From assembly GCA_029287915.1 (NCBI GenBank), contig JARFQE010000096.1, forward strand, positions 3,238-67,237: 64,000 nucleotides of DNA. The letters run 5' to 3'. The stretch comes from Arenicellales bacterium (GTDB lineage: Bacteria > Pseudomonadota > Gammaproteobacteria > BMS3Bbin11). Below, piece after piece: positions 19,439 to 27,880 of this stretch (within the stretch, counting starts at the first letter, position 1; every line of letters starts with the position of its first letter). The position numbers and the translations under genes were made by a program. The notes beneath the pieces were generated by a model. That model searched no databases, was not told the DNA's origin, and worked only from the letters and a program-made list of their open reading frames with translations.

Positions 19439-20194
19439 TTATGGGGTCACTTCCATTTCTATTGTTCCAGAGACAATTACATTGAGAGTGGTATACCCAG
19501 ATTCAAATGAAGGCGCAGCAATTTCTGCAGACATCGCTTTTGGACTCGCCATGGCATTGGCATAGACCGGGCGTGGTGTGTTGCCAGAGGTGTTGATGTT
19601 GATATTCACCAGCCGATATTTTTTAAAGCCCATGCTTTTGCTAACCTGTTTTGCTCGAGCATTGAATTTTTTCAGAGCCGAATCAATCATTTCTGTCTGA
19701 ATTTTTTCCCTACGATCTGCCGATACACTAAACCCTGTCGTTTTTATAAGCATCGTTTCCTGTAATTTTTGCACCACTGCAGCCATGTCCTTGCTGTTCT
19801 GACTTTTTAGTACAATAGATGATGCACCGCGCCAGTGATCGAGGTGTCTATCACGCGAATAGATCGGTCGAATTGAATAGTCGCTAGTACTGCTTTTGAT
19901 ACTGGGAAATTTTTTAATTGTGGTGATGGCTGATGCTATAAGCTGATTCATTTCATCAGCCAGGCTGGTCGCATCCCGGCTATCATGCTCGATTCCCATC
20001 GTCACTGTAATTTCGTTGTTGTTCACTTCCCGTTGTTCAGTGACCTGGAATGAAACCCTGTTGTAAGTGTTTTTCTCATTGGCGTATCCCGGTAGTGCTA
20101 AAAGAGACATCAGAACGATGGCAATTAGTTGCCTACTGTAATGCAATTTCTTCTCCCCAGAGGTAATTGTATTGCTGCATAATTTTGCTGACAT
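19439..20194 (-). CDS. SIMPL (DUF541, YggE-like) domain periplasmic protein
   Basis: There is a signal peptide (IAIVLMSLLALPGYA|NE). The size and the C-terminal 'SGYTTLNVIVSGTIEM' fit the SIMPL family. The true start may be the TTG near 20146. Confidence 0.65.
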   Translation of the reverse strand: MSAKLCSNTITSGEKKLHYSRQLIAIVLMSLLALPGYANEKNTYNRVSFQVTEQREVNNNEITVTMGIEHDSRDATSLADEMNQLIASAITTIKKFPSIKSSTSDYSIRPIYSRDRHLDHWRGASSIVLKSQNSKDMAAVVQKLQETMLIKTTGFSVSADRREKIQTEMIDSALKKFNARAKQVSKSMGFKKYRLVNININTSGNTPRPVYANAMASPKAMSAEIAAPSFESGYTTLNVIVSGTIEMEVTP

Positions 20195-20315
20195 GCTCAG
20201 GAAAATCGACTCTCTTCTTCTGCTTCATTGCCTGGCTGAAAAATTGACGTGCATCAAGTGGGATATTTTCAACCAGCTCGGCAGCAGAATTGATGCTGTC
20301 AGTAATATCGGACAT
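20133..20315 (-). CDS. Possible small protein (60 aa) translationally coupled to apaG
   Basis: Its ATG overlaps the apaG stop as TGATG. It overlaps the annotated SIMPL 5' end, which is only compatible if SIMPL starts at an internal TTG. No family is recognised. Confidence 0.25.
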   Translation of the reverse strand: MSDITDSINSAAELVENIPLDARQFFSQAMKQKKRVDFPEHVSKIMQQYNYLWGEEIALQ

Positions 20316-20692
20316 CAGTGTAATGTTCGAGGGCTGGAAAGGATAAACTCCGGAATCTCTGCATCGAAATTACTACCACTATCAGTCACCATCTGATAAC
20401 TGCCGCTCATGGTCCCTATCGGTGTCTTCAAGACAGCGCCGCTTGTATACTGGAAACCTTCACCCGGTTTCAGATGCGGTTGTTCACCTACAACACCATC
20501 ACCACGGACTTCCTCAACATGACCATTGGCATCAGTTATCACCCAGTGTCGCGTCATCAGCTTCGCTGCCTCAGTGCCTGTATTAGTGATTGTAATGGTA
20601 TAGGCAAAAACGTATTGTGAATCTACCGGCGAGGATTCTGATTCGATATATAAGGTATCAACATCAACATTTATACTTTGGGACATTGGCAC
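20315..20692 (-). CDS. apaG: ApaG (DUF525) protein
   Basis: The protein is 125 aa and colinear with E. coli ApaG (YVFAYTITI.N, GEGVVG.QP.L.PGE.FQYTSG, TP.GTM.G.Y.M). Confidence 0.9.
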   Translation of the reverse strand: MPMSQSINVDVDTLYIESESSPVDSQYVFAYTITITNTGTEAAKLMTRHWVITDANGHVEEVRGDGVVGEQPHLKPGEGFQYTSGAVLKTPIGTMSGSYQMVTDSGSNFDAEIPEFILSSPRTLH

Positions 20693-20776
20693 ACCTGTAT
20701 GCTAATTTCACTATAGCTTAATAATAACAGATAAGAGAAAGGTTAATACCTTTTCTCTCAATGATACGCAGGGTAA

Positions 20777-21451
20777 TCAGGTGATTTTTTGCGGCATGAT
20801 ATCAGCAAAACGGTCAATATGAATAAAATTATCATTCGGCTCTGGTTCGAGTTTTGAATTGGGCTGCAGTATTGCGCGCAGGTGTTTGATGCCGTATTGC
20901 TCAGCAGATTGAAGAACCTTGATGCTATCGTCGATAAGCAAGGTATGATCTGGTGAAAATGGATGTATTCGCTGCAGTTTCTGCCAAAATTCAGTATTTT
21001 CCTTTGGCAAGCCTAAATCATGGGCAGTAATGATTTCATCAAGGTGTTCACCGATTGGCGTTTTGCGCATCTTTAGCGACAGGCTTTTACCATGTGCATT
21101 GGTGACCAGCGTGCGGCGCTTGCCACAATCGGCGAGTGCCTGCAAAAAGTCTATGACATCAGGGCGAACACTAATCAGGTGATCGACTTCTTGTTTCAAA
21201 ACTTCGATATTAAGATTGAGTTGTTCAGACCAGTAATCGACACAATACCATTCCAGCTTTCCTTCTGCCCGGCGATAGCGTTTCAACAATTGCTCCCGCG
21301 CCTGCACTAATGGCAGGTCGTTGGTTTCAGCATACCGCCTGGGCACATGCTCGAGCCAGAAGTGGGTGTCAAAATGCAGGTCTAACAGGGTGCCATCCAT
21401 ATCCAGTAAAACAGTATCGATTTCTGTCCATGACGGGATAATGGTATTCAT
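20777..21451 (-). CDS. yrfG: HAD-superfamily GMP/IMP nucleotidase YrfG-like
   Basis: HAD motif I 'VLLDMDGTLLD' and a later 'LLIDDS' are present. The protein is 225 aa. The start is placed at MNTIIPSW (AGGGGAA RBS). The gene is divergent from nudE as in enterobacteria. Confidence 0.8.
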   Translation of the reverse strand: MNTIIPSWTEIDTVLLDMDGTLLDLHFDTHFWLEHVPRRYAETNDLPLVQAREQLLKRYRRAEGKLEWYCVDYWSEQLNLNIEVLKQEVDHLISVRPDVIDFLQALADCGKRRTLVTNAHGKSLSLKMRKTPIGEHLDEIITAHDLGLPKENTEFWQKLQRIHPFSPDHTLLIDDSIKVLQSAEQYGIKHLRAILQPNSKLEPEPNDNFIHIDRFADIMPQKIT

Positions 21452-21605
21452 GAGAGAAAATTCCCCTGTGCTATTTTCCAGTTGTTCGGTATCATGTTGG
21501 TCGTTAATGATCATGTGATGCTGCTTCGTCTCTAATACCATATCCTTTTACATTGAAATGGATTCTACGTCACTATAGCACCGCCCAATTGTGCTGTATC
21601 TTACC

Positions 21606-22154
21606 ATGTCAAAAAAGCCCAAAATCCTCTCTGTTACCAGTGTTGCTCGAAGCCGACTGTTTCATATTGAACAGGTGAACCTGCGTTTTAATAATGGCAG
21701 GGAAGTGCAGTTTGAGCGGCTGCAAAGCAATGCAGCCGGTTCTGTGCTAATCATTCCTGTTGATGGAGAAGAGCTGGTTTTGATCCGTGAGTACGCGGTG
21801 GGTACAGAGCGATATGAGCTGGGTTTTCCTAAAGGAGCCATTGACCCCGGCGAGCAGGCGTTAGTTGCAGCTAAACGTGAACTGCGGGAAGAGATTGGCA
21901 TGGCAAGTGCGGATATCAGGCTGCTTCGCCGTATTATCGTTTCTCCTGCATACTTTAATCGACCGACATCAATAATGCTGGCAACGGATTTGTCGATTGA
22001 CCCCTTGCCAGGTGATGAACCTGAGGCCATTCAACAAATACGCTGGCCGCTGGATCGAATGTGGGATCTGCCAGACCACAAAGATTTTGTCGATGGCTCT
22101 AATCAGCTGGCGCTGTATTTACTGGCCCATGAGCTGAAGCTTTTCCCTCATTGA
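21606..22154 (+). CDS. nudE: ADP compounds hydrolase NudE
   Basis: The protein is colinear with E. coli NudE (VARSRLF.E.V.L.F.NG; LIREYAVGTERYELGFPKG.IDPGE; Nudix box RELREEIG; RWPL..M.DL) at 182 aa. Confidence 0.85.
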   Translation: MSKKPKILSVTSVARSRLFHIEQVNLRFNNGREVQFERLQSNAAGSVLIIPVDGEELVLIREYAVGTERYELGFPKGAIDPGEQALVAAKRELREEIGMASADIRLLRRIIVSPAYFNRPTSIMLATDLSIDPLPGDEPEAIQQIRWPLDRMWDLPDHKDFVDGSNQLALYLLAHELKLFPH

Positions 22155-22529
22155 GCTAATGGCAAAAAGTTGATTTTGGCGAACCACATGCCGCTGACAT
22201 CAACTCCCGGGCCCATGTAGTGATGATCAAATTTTCTCGCAGCAGCCGGACAATCTAGATAATGAAGATTGTGTTAATAGTAACGGGGAATACGGTGATT
22301 ATCTTTACGACGAGACAGTTAAACCCTTTCACCACACCTGGTCTATACACCAGAGTATGAGATACTCTATACTGATACCAATAACAGGCAAGCACGCCCC
22401 TAAGCAGGCTTACAGGATCAGAAAAATTGTTTCAGGGTGCGATTTCACCGGCCGGGCCGGTCAAACCGACGGGTGATTATAATTAGTACAATAATAAGTC
22501 TTGTTTAGCTCCAGGTTTTTTTAGTAACA

Positions 22530-23660
22530 ATGAATATAACTGGTTACCTCCCATTAATGAGAATGCTTCATACAAAAAAATCGCCTGTTTTAGTTAGCGG
22601 TCTGTTAGGGATACTGGTTTGCTTTGCTGTTTTTGCTGATGAGACTGTAGAGTTAGATAAGGAATTCAATAAGGGATTCAATACGGAATTCGATAAGGAA
22701 TTCGATAAGGAATTCGAGCTACTGTCCGATGATCGACCAGTGCCTAATCAGGTTGTACATCCATCCTGGTTCAAGGCCAGCTTCCTGGACCTTGGTGATG
22801 ATCTGAAAGAAGCAAAAGAGGCGAACAAGACTGGTATTGCCGTTTATTTCGGCCAGAAAGACTGCGCCTACTGCAGAACACTGATGGAAGTTAACCTGAG
22901 AACTCCAGATATCGCGCGCTATATGCGAAAAAATTTTGATGTTATTCCTCTCGACATCTGGAATAGTGCTGAAGTTACCGATTTGCAGGGAAACGTGCTG
23001 ACTGAGCGTCAGCTTGCCATCCGCGAAAAAACTAATTTCACCCCCTCATTTATTTTTTATGATCTTGATGGAAACATCGCTCTACGTCTTCGTGGCTACT
23101 ACCCCCCCTATGCATTTCGTGCCGCACTAAAATATGTCGTTGAGGGTTTTTACAAAGAAGAATCTCTACAGGCATATATGGACAGGGCAGATCCACCTGG
23201 CAAATTTGAACTCGAGGAGATGAATGGACAGCCTTTCTTTGAGCGATCTCCATATGTACTGGATCGAAGTCATTTCAGGGCTGAGAGGCCGTTAGTGGTG
23301 TTCTTTGAGCGCAAGAGCTGCCATGCTTGCGATATCCTGCATACCGAGCCTCTCGCAAAGAGGAGTGTACTAGAATTAATTGAGCAGTTTGAAGTGGTAC
23401 AGCTTGATGTAGACAGCGATGTACCTGTGCTGACCCCCAATGGAGAGCACCTGACGGCACGCCTGTGGGCAAAAAAACTGGGAATTTTTTACACCCCTGC
23501 CCTGGTTTTCTTTGACCAGTCTGGCAAGGAAATTATTCGACTCGATTCTGTTGCTGGCCAGCATCGTCTGCAAGGCGTAATGCGCTATGTATTGACAGGC
23601 GCCTATAAGAAATACCCAACCTATCTGGAGTACAGGTTTGGTCGTATGGACACTTATTGA
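22530..23660 (+). CDS. Membrane-anchored or secreted tandem thioredoxin-fold protein (two Trx-like domains with CAYC and CHAC motifs)
   Basis: An N-terminal hydrophobic segment is followed by the repeat DKEFNKGFNTEFDKEFDKEFE. Two homologous roughly 130-aa domains each carry a CxxC (GIAVYFGQKDCAYC…; LVVFFERKSCHAC…). The start may be the internal MRMLH. Confidence 0.75.
   Translation: MNITGYLPLMRMLHTKKSPVLVSGLLGILVCFAVFADETVELDKEFNKGFNTEFDKEFDKEFELLSDDRPVPNQVVHPSWFKASFLDLGDDLKEAKEANKTGIAVYFGQKDCAYCRTLMEVNLRTPDIARYMRKNFDVIPLDIWNSAEVTDLQGNVLTERQLAIREKTNFTPSFIFYDLDGNIALRLRGYYPPYAFRAALKYVVEGFYKEESLQAYMDRADPPGKFELEEMNGQPFFERSPYVLDRSHFRAERPLVVFFERKSCHACDILHTEPLAKRSVLELIEQFEVVQLDVDSDVPVLTPNGEHLTARLWAKKLGIFYTPALVFFDQSGKEIIRLDSVAGQHRLQGVMRYVLTGAYKKYPTYLEYRFGRMDTY
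22656..22715. repeat. Intragenic 12-bp tandem repeat x5 (gataaggaattc consensus; the last two copies are perfect and each contains an EcoRI site)
   Basis: Direct reading gives units at 22656, 22668, 22680, 22692 and 22704. They are in-frame and encode (D/N)K(E/G)F units. Confidence 0.8.
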
Positions 23661-23732
23661 TCCCAGTATTTAGCTCACAATCAAGTGTAAACGGTTGTTA
23701 AACTCCAGATAACCTTGATTCCCCAGGCATTA

Positions 23733-24023
23733 TTATATCTCGTCAAGAAATTCATTAAGCTCTATGGTTTCAGCCGGATTATCAGGGTCAGCCTTATCAT
23801 CGGCCTCAAGATCATCAAAAGGTCCTGACCAGTCCTCGGGCGGAGCGGCTGAAGTCAGTTCCATTTCATTCCATAAATCGATCTCAAGTTCCTCGACCGA
23901 ACCATCAAAAAACTGAATTTCAATCGTTCCGTCCTCTTCGTCTATTGCGACAATCTCGAATAGTTGACCATCGACGTTATCAAGATACCATTTGCCGATT
24001 GCTGGTGCCGGATGATTTTTCAT
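23733..24023 (-). CDS. Small acidic hypothetical protein (96 aa)
   Basis: A strong AAGGGGGG RBS lies 4 nt before the ATG (MKNHP…). The protein is very acidic (DDLEADDKADPDNPAETIELNEFLDEI). No family is recognised. Confidence 0.6.
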   Translation of the reverse strand: MKNHPAPAIGKWYLDNVDGQLFEIVAIDEEDGTIEIQFFDGSVEELEIDLWNEMELTSAAPPEDWSGPFDDLEADDKADPDNPAETIELNEFLDEI

Positions 24024-24260
24024 ATAACCCCCCTTAAACAAAATAGCATTAAATAAGTTGGCGTTTATACCTGTTAGATTGTATTTTTACTCTTCTATAT
24101 CAGCAGATTCAACAACTATCTTAGTAAGCAAATTATGTGCCGACACCACTAAATCACGCGTATAGCTATACAGGGCATACACAGGGCAGAATTATACAAT
24201 TTGTTATCAAAGGCTTCGTCTGCCCTTTCCCGCGCGCTTCGGTCAGGGTACAGTTATCCT

Positions 24261-25100
24261 ATGAGTATTGCTTTCACAAAAATGCATGGCCTGGGCAATG
24301 ATTTTATTGTCATTGAAGCATTGAAGAAAAAATTTCACGGGTCACCTGAGCAGATCAGGCGACTGGCTGACCGACATTTTGGTATCGGTTTTGATCAGCT
24401 GTTGCTGGTTGAACCACCAGTGTCTGAAGATATGGATTTCAGTTACCGAATTTTCAATGCCGATGGTGACGAGGTCGAGCAATGCGGCAATGGAGCGCGC
24501 TGTTTTGCCCGCTTTGTATATGACCGTGGCCTGACTGAGAAAACAGAAATCCGGGTTGGCACCCTGTCCGGTATTATCATTCCTCGCATACTTGATGATG
24601 GTCGAGTTTGCGTTGATATGGGCGTGCCTGATTTTGAACCCGAAAGAATTCCATTCATTACCGATCAGCGTCAGCATAGCTATAGTCTTGCGCTGGAGAA
24701 TGGTGTAGTAGAAATAGCGGCCGTATCGATGGGCAATCCTCATGCAGTACAGATTGTCGAGGATGTCGACAGCGCACCGGTGACACAAACCGGACCAGAG
24801 ATTGAACATCACCCCCTTTTCCCTCAGCGTGTAAATGCAGGCTATATGGAAGTGATTGACCGTCAGGCCATTCGTCTTCGGGTATGGGAACGTGGCTCAG
24901 GTGAAACCATGGCCTGTGGGACAGGGGCATGTGCTGCTGTTGTCACCGGTATCGACCAGGGTTTACTCGATAGTCCAGTGGAAGTAAGTTTGCCAGGTGG
25001 TAAACTGGACATAGAATGGTCAGGGCAGGACACTTCTGTGTTCATGACAGGACCGGCAGAGTATGTATATGAAGGAGAGTTCGAGATGGAGAAACTATGA
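24261..25100 (+). CDS. dapF: Diaminopimelate epimerase
   Basis: The protein is colinear with E. coli DapF (KMHGLGNDF; [11 protein letters not shown]; [22 protein letters not shown]; SMGNPH; [16 protein letters not shown]). Confidence 0.95.
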   Translation: MSIAFTKMHGLGNDFIVIEALKKKFHGSPEQIRRLADRHFGIGFDQLLLVEPPVSEDMDFSYRIFNADGDEVEQCGNGARCFARFVYDRGLTEKTEIRVGTLSGIIIPRILDDGRVCVDMGVPDFEPERIPFITDQRQHSYSLALENGVVEIAAVSMGNPHAVQIVEDVDSAPVTQTGPEIEHHPLFPQRVNAGYMEVIDRQAIRLRVWERGSGETMACGTGACAAVVTGIDQGLLDSPVEVSLPGGKLDIEWSGQDTSVFMTGPAEYVYEGEFEMEKL

Positions 25101-25804
25101 GTAAACGACCAGGCAGCAATACAAGCAAGAATGACAACGCAGTATTATCCGAACCGGAAGTTGTCAGCTATCTGCAGCAGCATCCTGACTTGCTGCTGAA
25201 GCATCACGCATTGCTTGAGACCATGCAGGTTCCTCATAATGCAGGTTCTGGCATGGTTTCCCTTATTGAAAGGCAGGTAGATATATTGCGCGAAAAGAAC
25301 AGGCAACTGGAAGAAAGGCTGCTTGTGCTGATAAATAATGCGCGCGTTAATGAAGAACTAACAGAAAAGCTACATCGTTATAGCCTGCACCTGTTCAGCA
25401 GCAAAGGCATTGAGGAGCTAATACAGGTGGCGGCAGCAAACCTGCAGCAATTATTTGATATCGACGAGGTAAGTATCCATATCAAACCCGAATATCAGAG
25501 TGAGAATCTACAAACATCCAGTCTAAGCGACAAGATGTATGCAGCAATACTCGACACCCTCGGAAGTGATTCATGCAGCTGCCACAACGAGCTGGATGAT
25601 GAGCTGGTCGTTTCATTGTTTGGTGATAAATCATCCACTATAAAGTCCTGTGCCTTGCTGGCGCTGGATACACCACATCGAACAGGGTTTATAGCATTGG
25701 GATCTTCCGACCAGAATCGTTTTTCTCCTCAGATGGGGACGCTGATATTGTCACGCCTGGGAGAACATCTTTCTATCGCACTGGTTCGTCATCATGATTT
25801 TTAG
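25097..25804 (+). CDS. yigA: DUF484 family protein (YigA)
   Basis: The start overlaps the dapF stop (ATGA). The protein is 235 aa and sits between dapF and xerC, as in E. coli. Confidence 0.85.
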   Translation: MSKRPGSNTSKNDNAVLSEPEVVSYLQQHPDLLLKHHALLETMQVPHNAGSGMVSLIERQVDILREKNRQLEERLLVLINNARVNEELTEKLHRYSLHLFSSKGIEELIQVAAANLQQLFDIDEVSIHIKPEYQSENLQTSSLSDKMYAAILDTLGSDSCSCHNELDDELVVSLFGDKSSTIKSCALLALDTPHRTGFIALGSSDQNRFSPQMGTLILSRLGEHLSIALVRHHDF

Positions 25805-25821
25805 AACCCTGATGGGCTGAA

Positions 25822-26727
25822 ATGTTAGCCGCTGCTCAAAATCAGCTAGATGACTTTTTCGATTACCTGCGCTACGAGCGAAGAAATTCCCCACGCACAA
25901 TATCCGCCTATCAGCAGGACCTGAAGCGACTATCCAGCTATTGTAACAGGCAGGATATTGAAAACTGGTCCGATGTAAATAATTTACTTGGCAGGAAATG
26001 GCTGGCTAGCCTGCATCAACATGGACTGTCTGGCAGCAGCATACAACGTATATTGTCGGGTTGCCGGAGTTTTTACCGCTGGTTGATTCGAGAGCAACAT
26101 GTGTCAGCCAATCCCTTTGACCTCCTCAAAGCCCCTCGCCATCCACGAAAACTACCGGATACCATGGACATCGATGCGGTACAGCAACTCGTCTCATTGA
26201 CGGGTGATGACCATCTGACTGTGCGTGACAGAGCAATCCTTGAGCTGTTCTATTCATCCGGTCTGCGCCTGTCAGAACTTGTTTCACTGGATGTCGGAGA
26301 TATTGATTTTTCTGCAGGTGAAGCAAGAGTCACAGGCAAGGGAAATAAAACAAGAATTGTCCCGGTTGGGCGTTACGCGCAAATGGCAATCAAGCAATGG
26401 TTATCTGTTCGACCACAGATCGCAAATGAAACCGAACAGGCTATATTTGTCAGCAGGCGTGGCGGGCGGCTGGCAACGAGAAGTGTCGAAAAGCGCCTGA
26501 AGGACTGGGCAATTAGGCAAGGGATCAGCAGAAATGTGCATCCGCACATGCTTAGGCATTCATTTGCCAGCCATATGCTTGAGTCAAGCGGAGACCTGCG
26601 TGCCGTACAGGAGCTGCTTGGTCACCAGAACATCTCCACCACACAGATATATACCCACCTCGATTTCCAGCACCTCGCGAAGGTTTTTGATAAGGCCCAC
26701 CCGAGGGCAAAGCGAAAAAAAACCTAA
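25822..26727 (+). CDS. xerC: Site-specific tyrosine recombinase XerC
   Basis: Catalytic motifs are present: R (RDRAILE), HPHMLRHSFASH, and LGHQNISTTQIYTHL with the Tyr. It is in the dapF-yigA-xerC synteny, so it is chromosomal rather than phage-derived. Confidence 0.95.
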   Translation: MLAAAQNQLDDFFDYLRYERRNSPRTISAYQQDLKRLSSYCNRQDIENWSDVNNLLGRKWLASLHQHGLSGSSIQRILSGCRSFYRWLIREQHVSANPFDLLKAPRHPRKLPDTMDIDAVQQLVSLTGDDHLTVRDRAILELFYSSGLRLSELVSLDVGDIDFSAGEARVTGKGNKTRIVPVGRYAQMAIKQWLSVRPQIANETEQAIFVSRRGGRLATRSVEKRLKDWAIRQGISRNVHPHMLRHSFASHMLESSGDLRAVQELLGHQNISTTQIYTHLDFQHLAKVFDKAHPRAKRKKT

Positions 26728-26761
26728 ACAGATGTGTTATGTATCAGGCTTTACATAACAC
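26711..26761 (-). terminator. Inverted repeat (10-bp stem gtgttatgta/tacataacac, 8-nt loop) followed on the minus strand by a T9 tract. Likely terminator for the minus-strand gene, placed between convergent xerC and the Cys-cluster gene.
   Basis: Seen directly. The stem is AT-rich. The T tract overlaps the last xerC codons (aagcgaaaaaaaacc). Confidence 0.45.
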
Positions 26762-26783
26762 CTGAACCGTCAATCGCAATACA

Positions 26784-27188
26784 TTATTTTTTCTTTTTCT
26801 CCCACTTGTCCCATTTTTTATATCTCTTTCTGCAGTACTTGCGTAAAGCATCGTAATCTTTGAAATACAGTTCAAAATCATCTTCACCGGCGAGACCTTC
26901 TTTCTCACAATTATCGCTGCTATGGTCACGGCATATTTTAGGGCGAACATCGTAGATACCGCAGTCACCATTTGGCAGCAGATGGGTACAGGGGTTGGTT
27001 ATTAGAAGAAACCAGCCATCCTCGTCCTTGTAAATTTCTGTGTGTTTATGTGATATCTGCCATAATAGAACATCGAAGTCCTCGCGCGAACGAGGTGTAT
27101 CGATTTGCTGGGTAAAATAGGTGCAGCACCATGACCTGGTGCACTGACTACAGGGATTGCTGTCTGCAATGGGAATTTTTTTCGACAT
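26784..27188 (-). CDS. Cysteine-cluster (CxxC…CC, YkgJ/UPF0153-like zinc/iron-chelating domain) protein with a lysine-rich tail
   Basis: 'CSQCTRSWCC' and further Cys residues (C..THLLPNGDC, CRDH) are present. The C-terminus is KRYKKWDKWEKKKK. ATG at 27188; the caller's 27197 is a TTG. Confidence 0.55.
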   Translation of the reverse strand: MSKKIPIADSNPCSQCTRSWCCTYFTQQIDTPRSREDFDVLLWQISHKHTEIYKDEDGWFLLITNPCTHLLPNGDCGIYDVRPKICRDHSSDNCEKEGLAGEDDFELYFKDYDALRKYCRKRYKKWDKWEKKKK

Positions 27189-27880
27189 GCCGCGCAATCT
27201 ATATGAAATGAGGTCTATTCACAATCTACAATTTACCGCGGATGAACCTATGAGCAGTTTTACCGACAATATATTCAAACACCTGTTAACTAACCAGCTG
27301 CATCTGATTTTCTGCAGGAAAAACAGAATATCGGTAATATCAGAATCCTATTTCTCGAAAAATATAGTCCACTCCTTATCTGAGATAATCCGTGGTGTGC
27401 ATCATTAATGGGGGGACAGGTTGTATAGGACTGAGCATTTACTATGTAAAGTCCAGCATACCCACCGGCTGTCATATTTCTGCAATATTTTGATGATATA
27501 ATTATTAATATAACATGGCTCTGTTAGAGTCTGAACAGCGCCTGTTAAGCCACCTGCAGGTGATCATATTATCTGAGAAATATCTGAGAGTTTCGTCTGT
27601 AGAACGATTTCTAGCCTGACGTACTCCTTCTACTATATCGCACTGATGTGCGCGGCCTGGCCCTCCGTGACAGGGGCTCATCTCCTATTGCCTGTTCTAT
27701 ACAAGTTAACGAAAACCTTGGGTATATTCGATACACCTGTTATCTATGGAAGGTATCTATGACGACTGCAGCGCCATAAGGTAGTCGATGTCTGCATGAT
27801 ATAATCGCAGTGCAATATCCGTCTAACGCATTGAGCGCAAATGTTTGTGCCGTCCATAATCTGTTTGTCAGAATAGTGTC

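Noticed and set aside
25822-26727. Tyrosine recombinase as a possible integrase or mobile-element marker
   Set aside because: The sequence and the conserved dapF-yigA-xerC context identify it as chromosomal XerC. There are no phage, IS or att-like features nearby.
27157-27408. 83-aa plus-strand ORF upstream of plpD
   Set aside because: Its 5' part overlaps the Cys-cluster gene on the other strand, and the internal-ATG version of about 52 aa has no RBS or recognisable features. It is left as non-coding.
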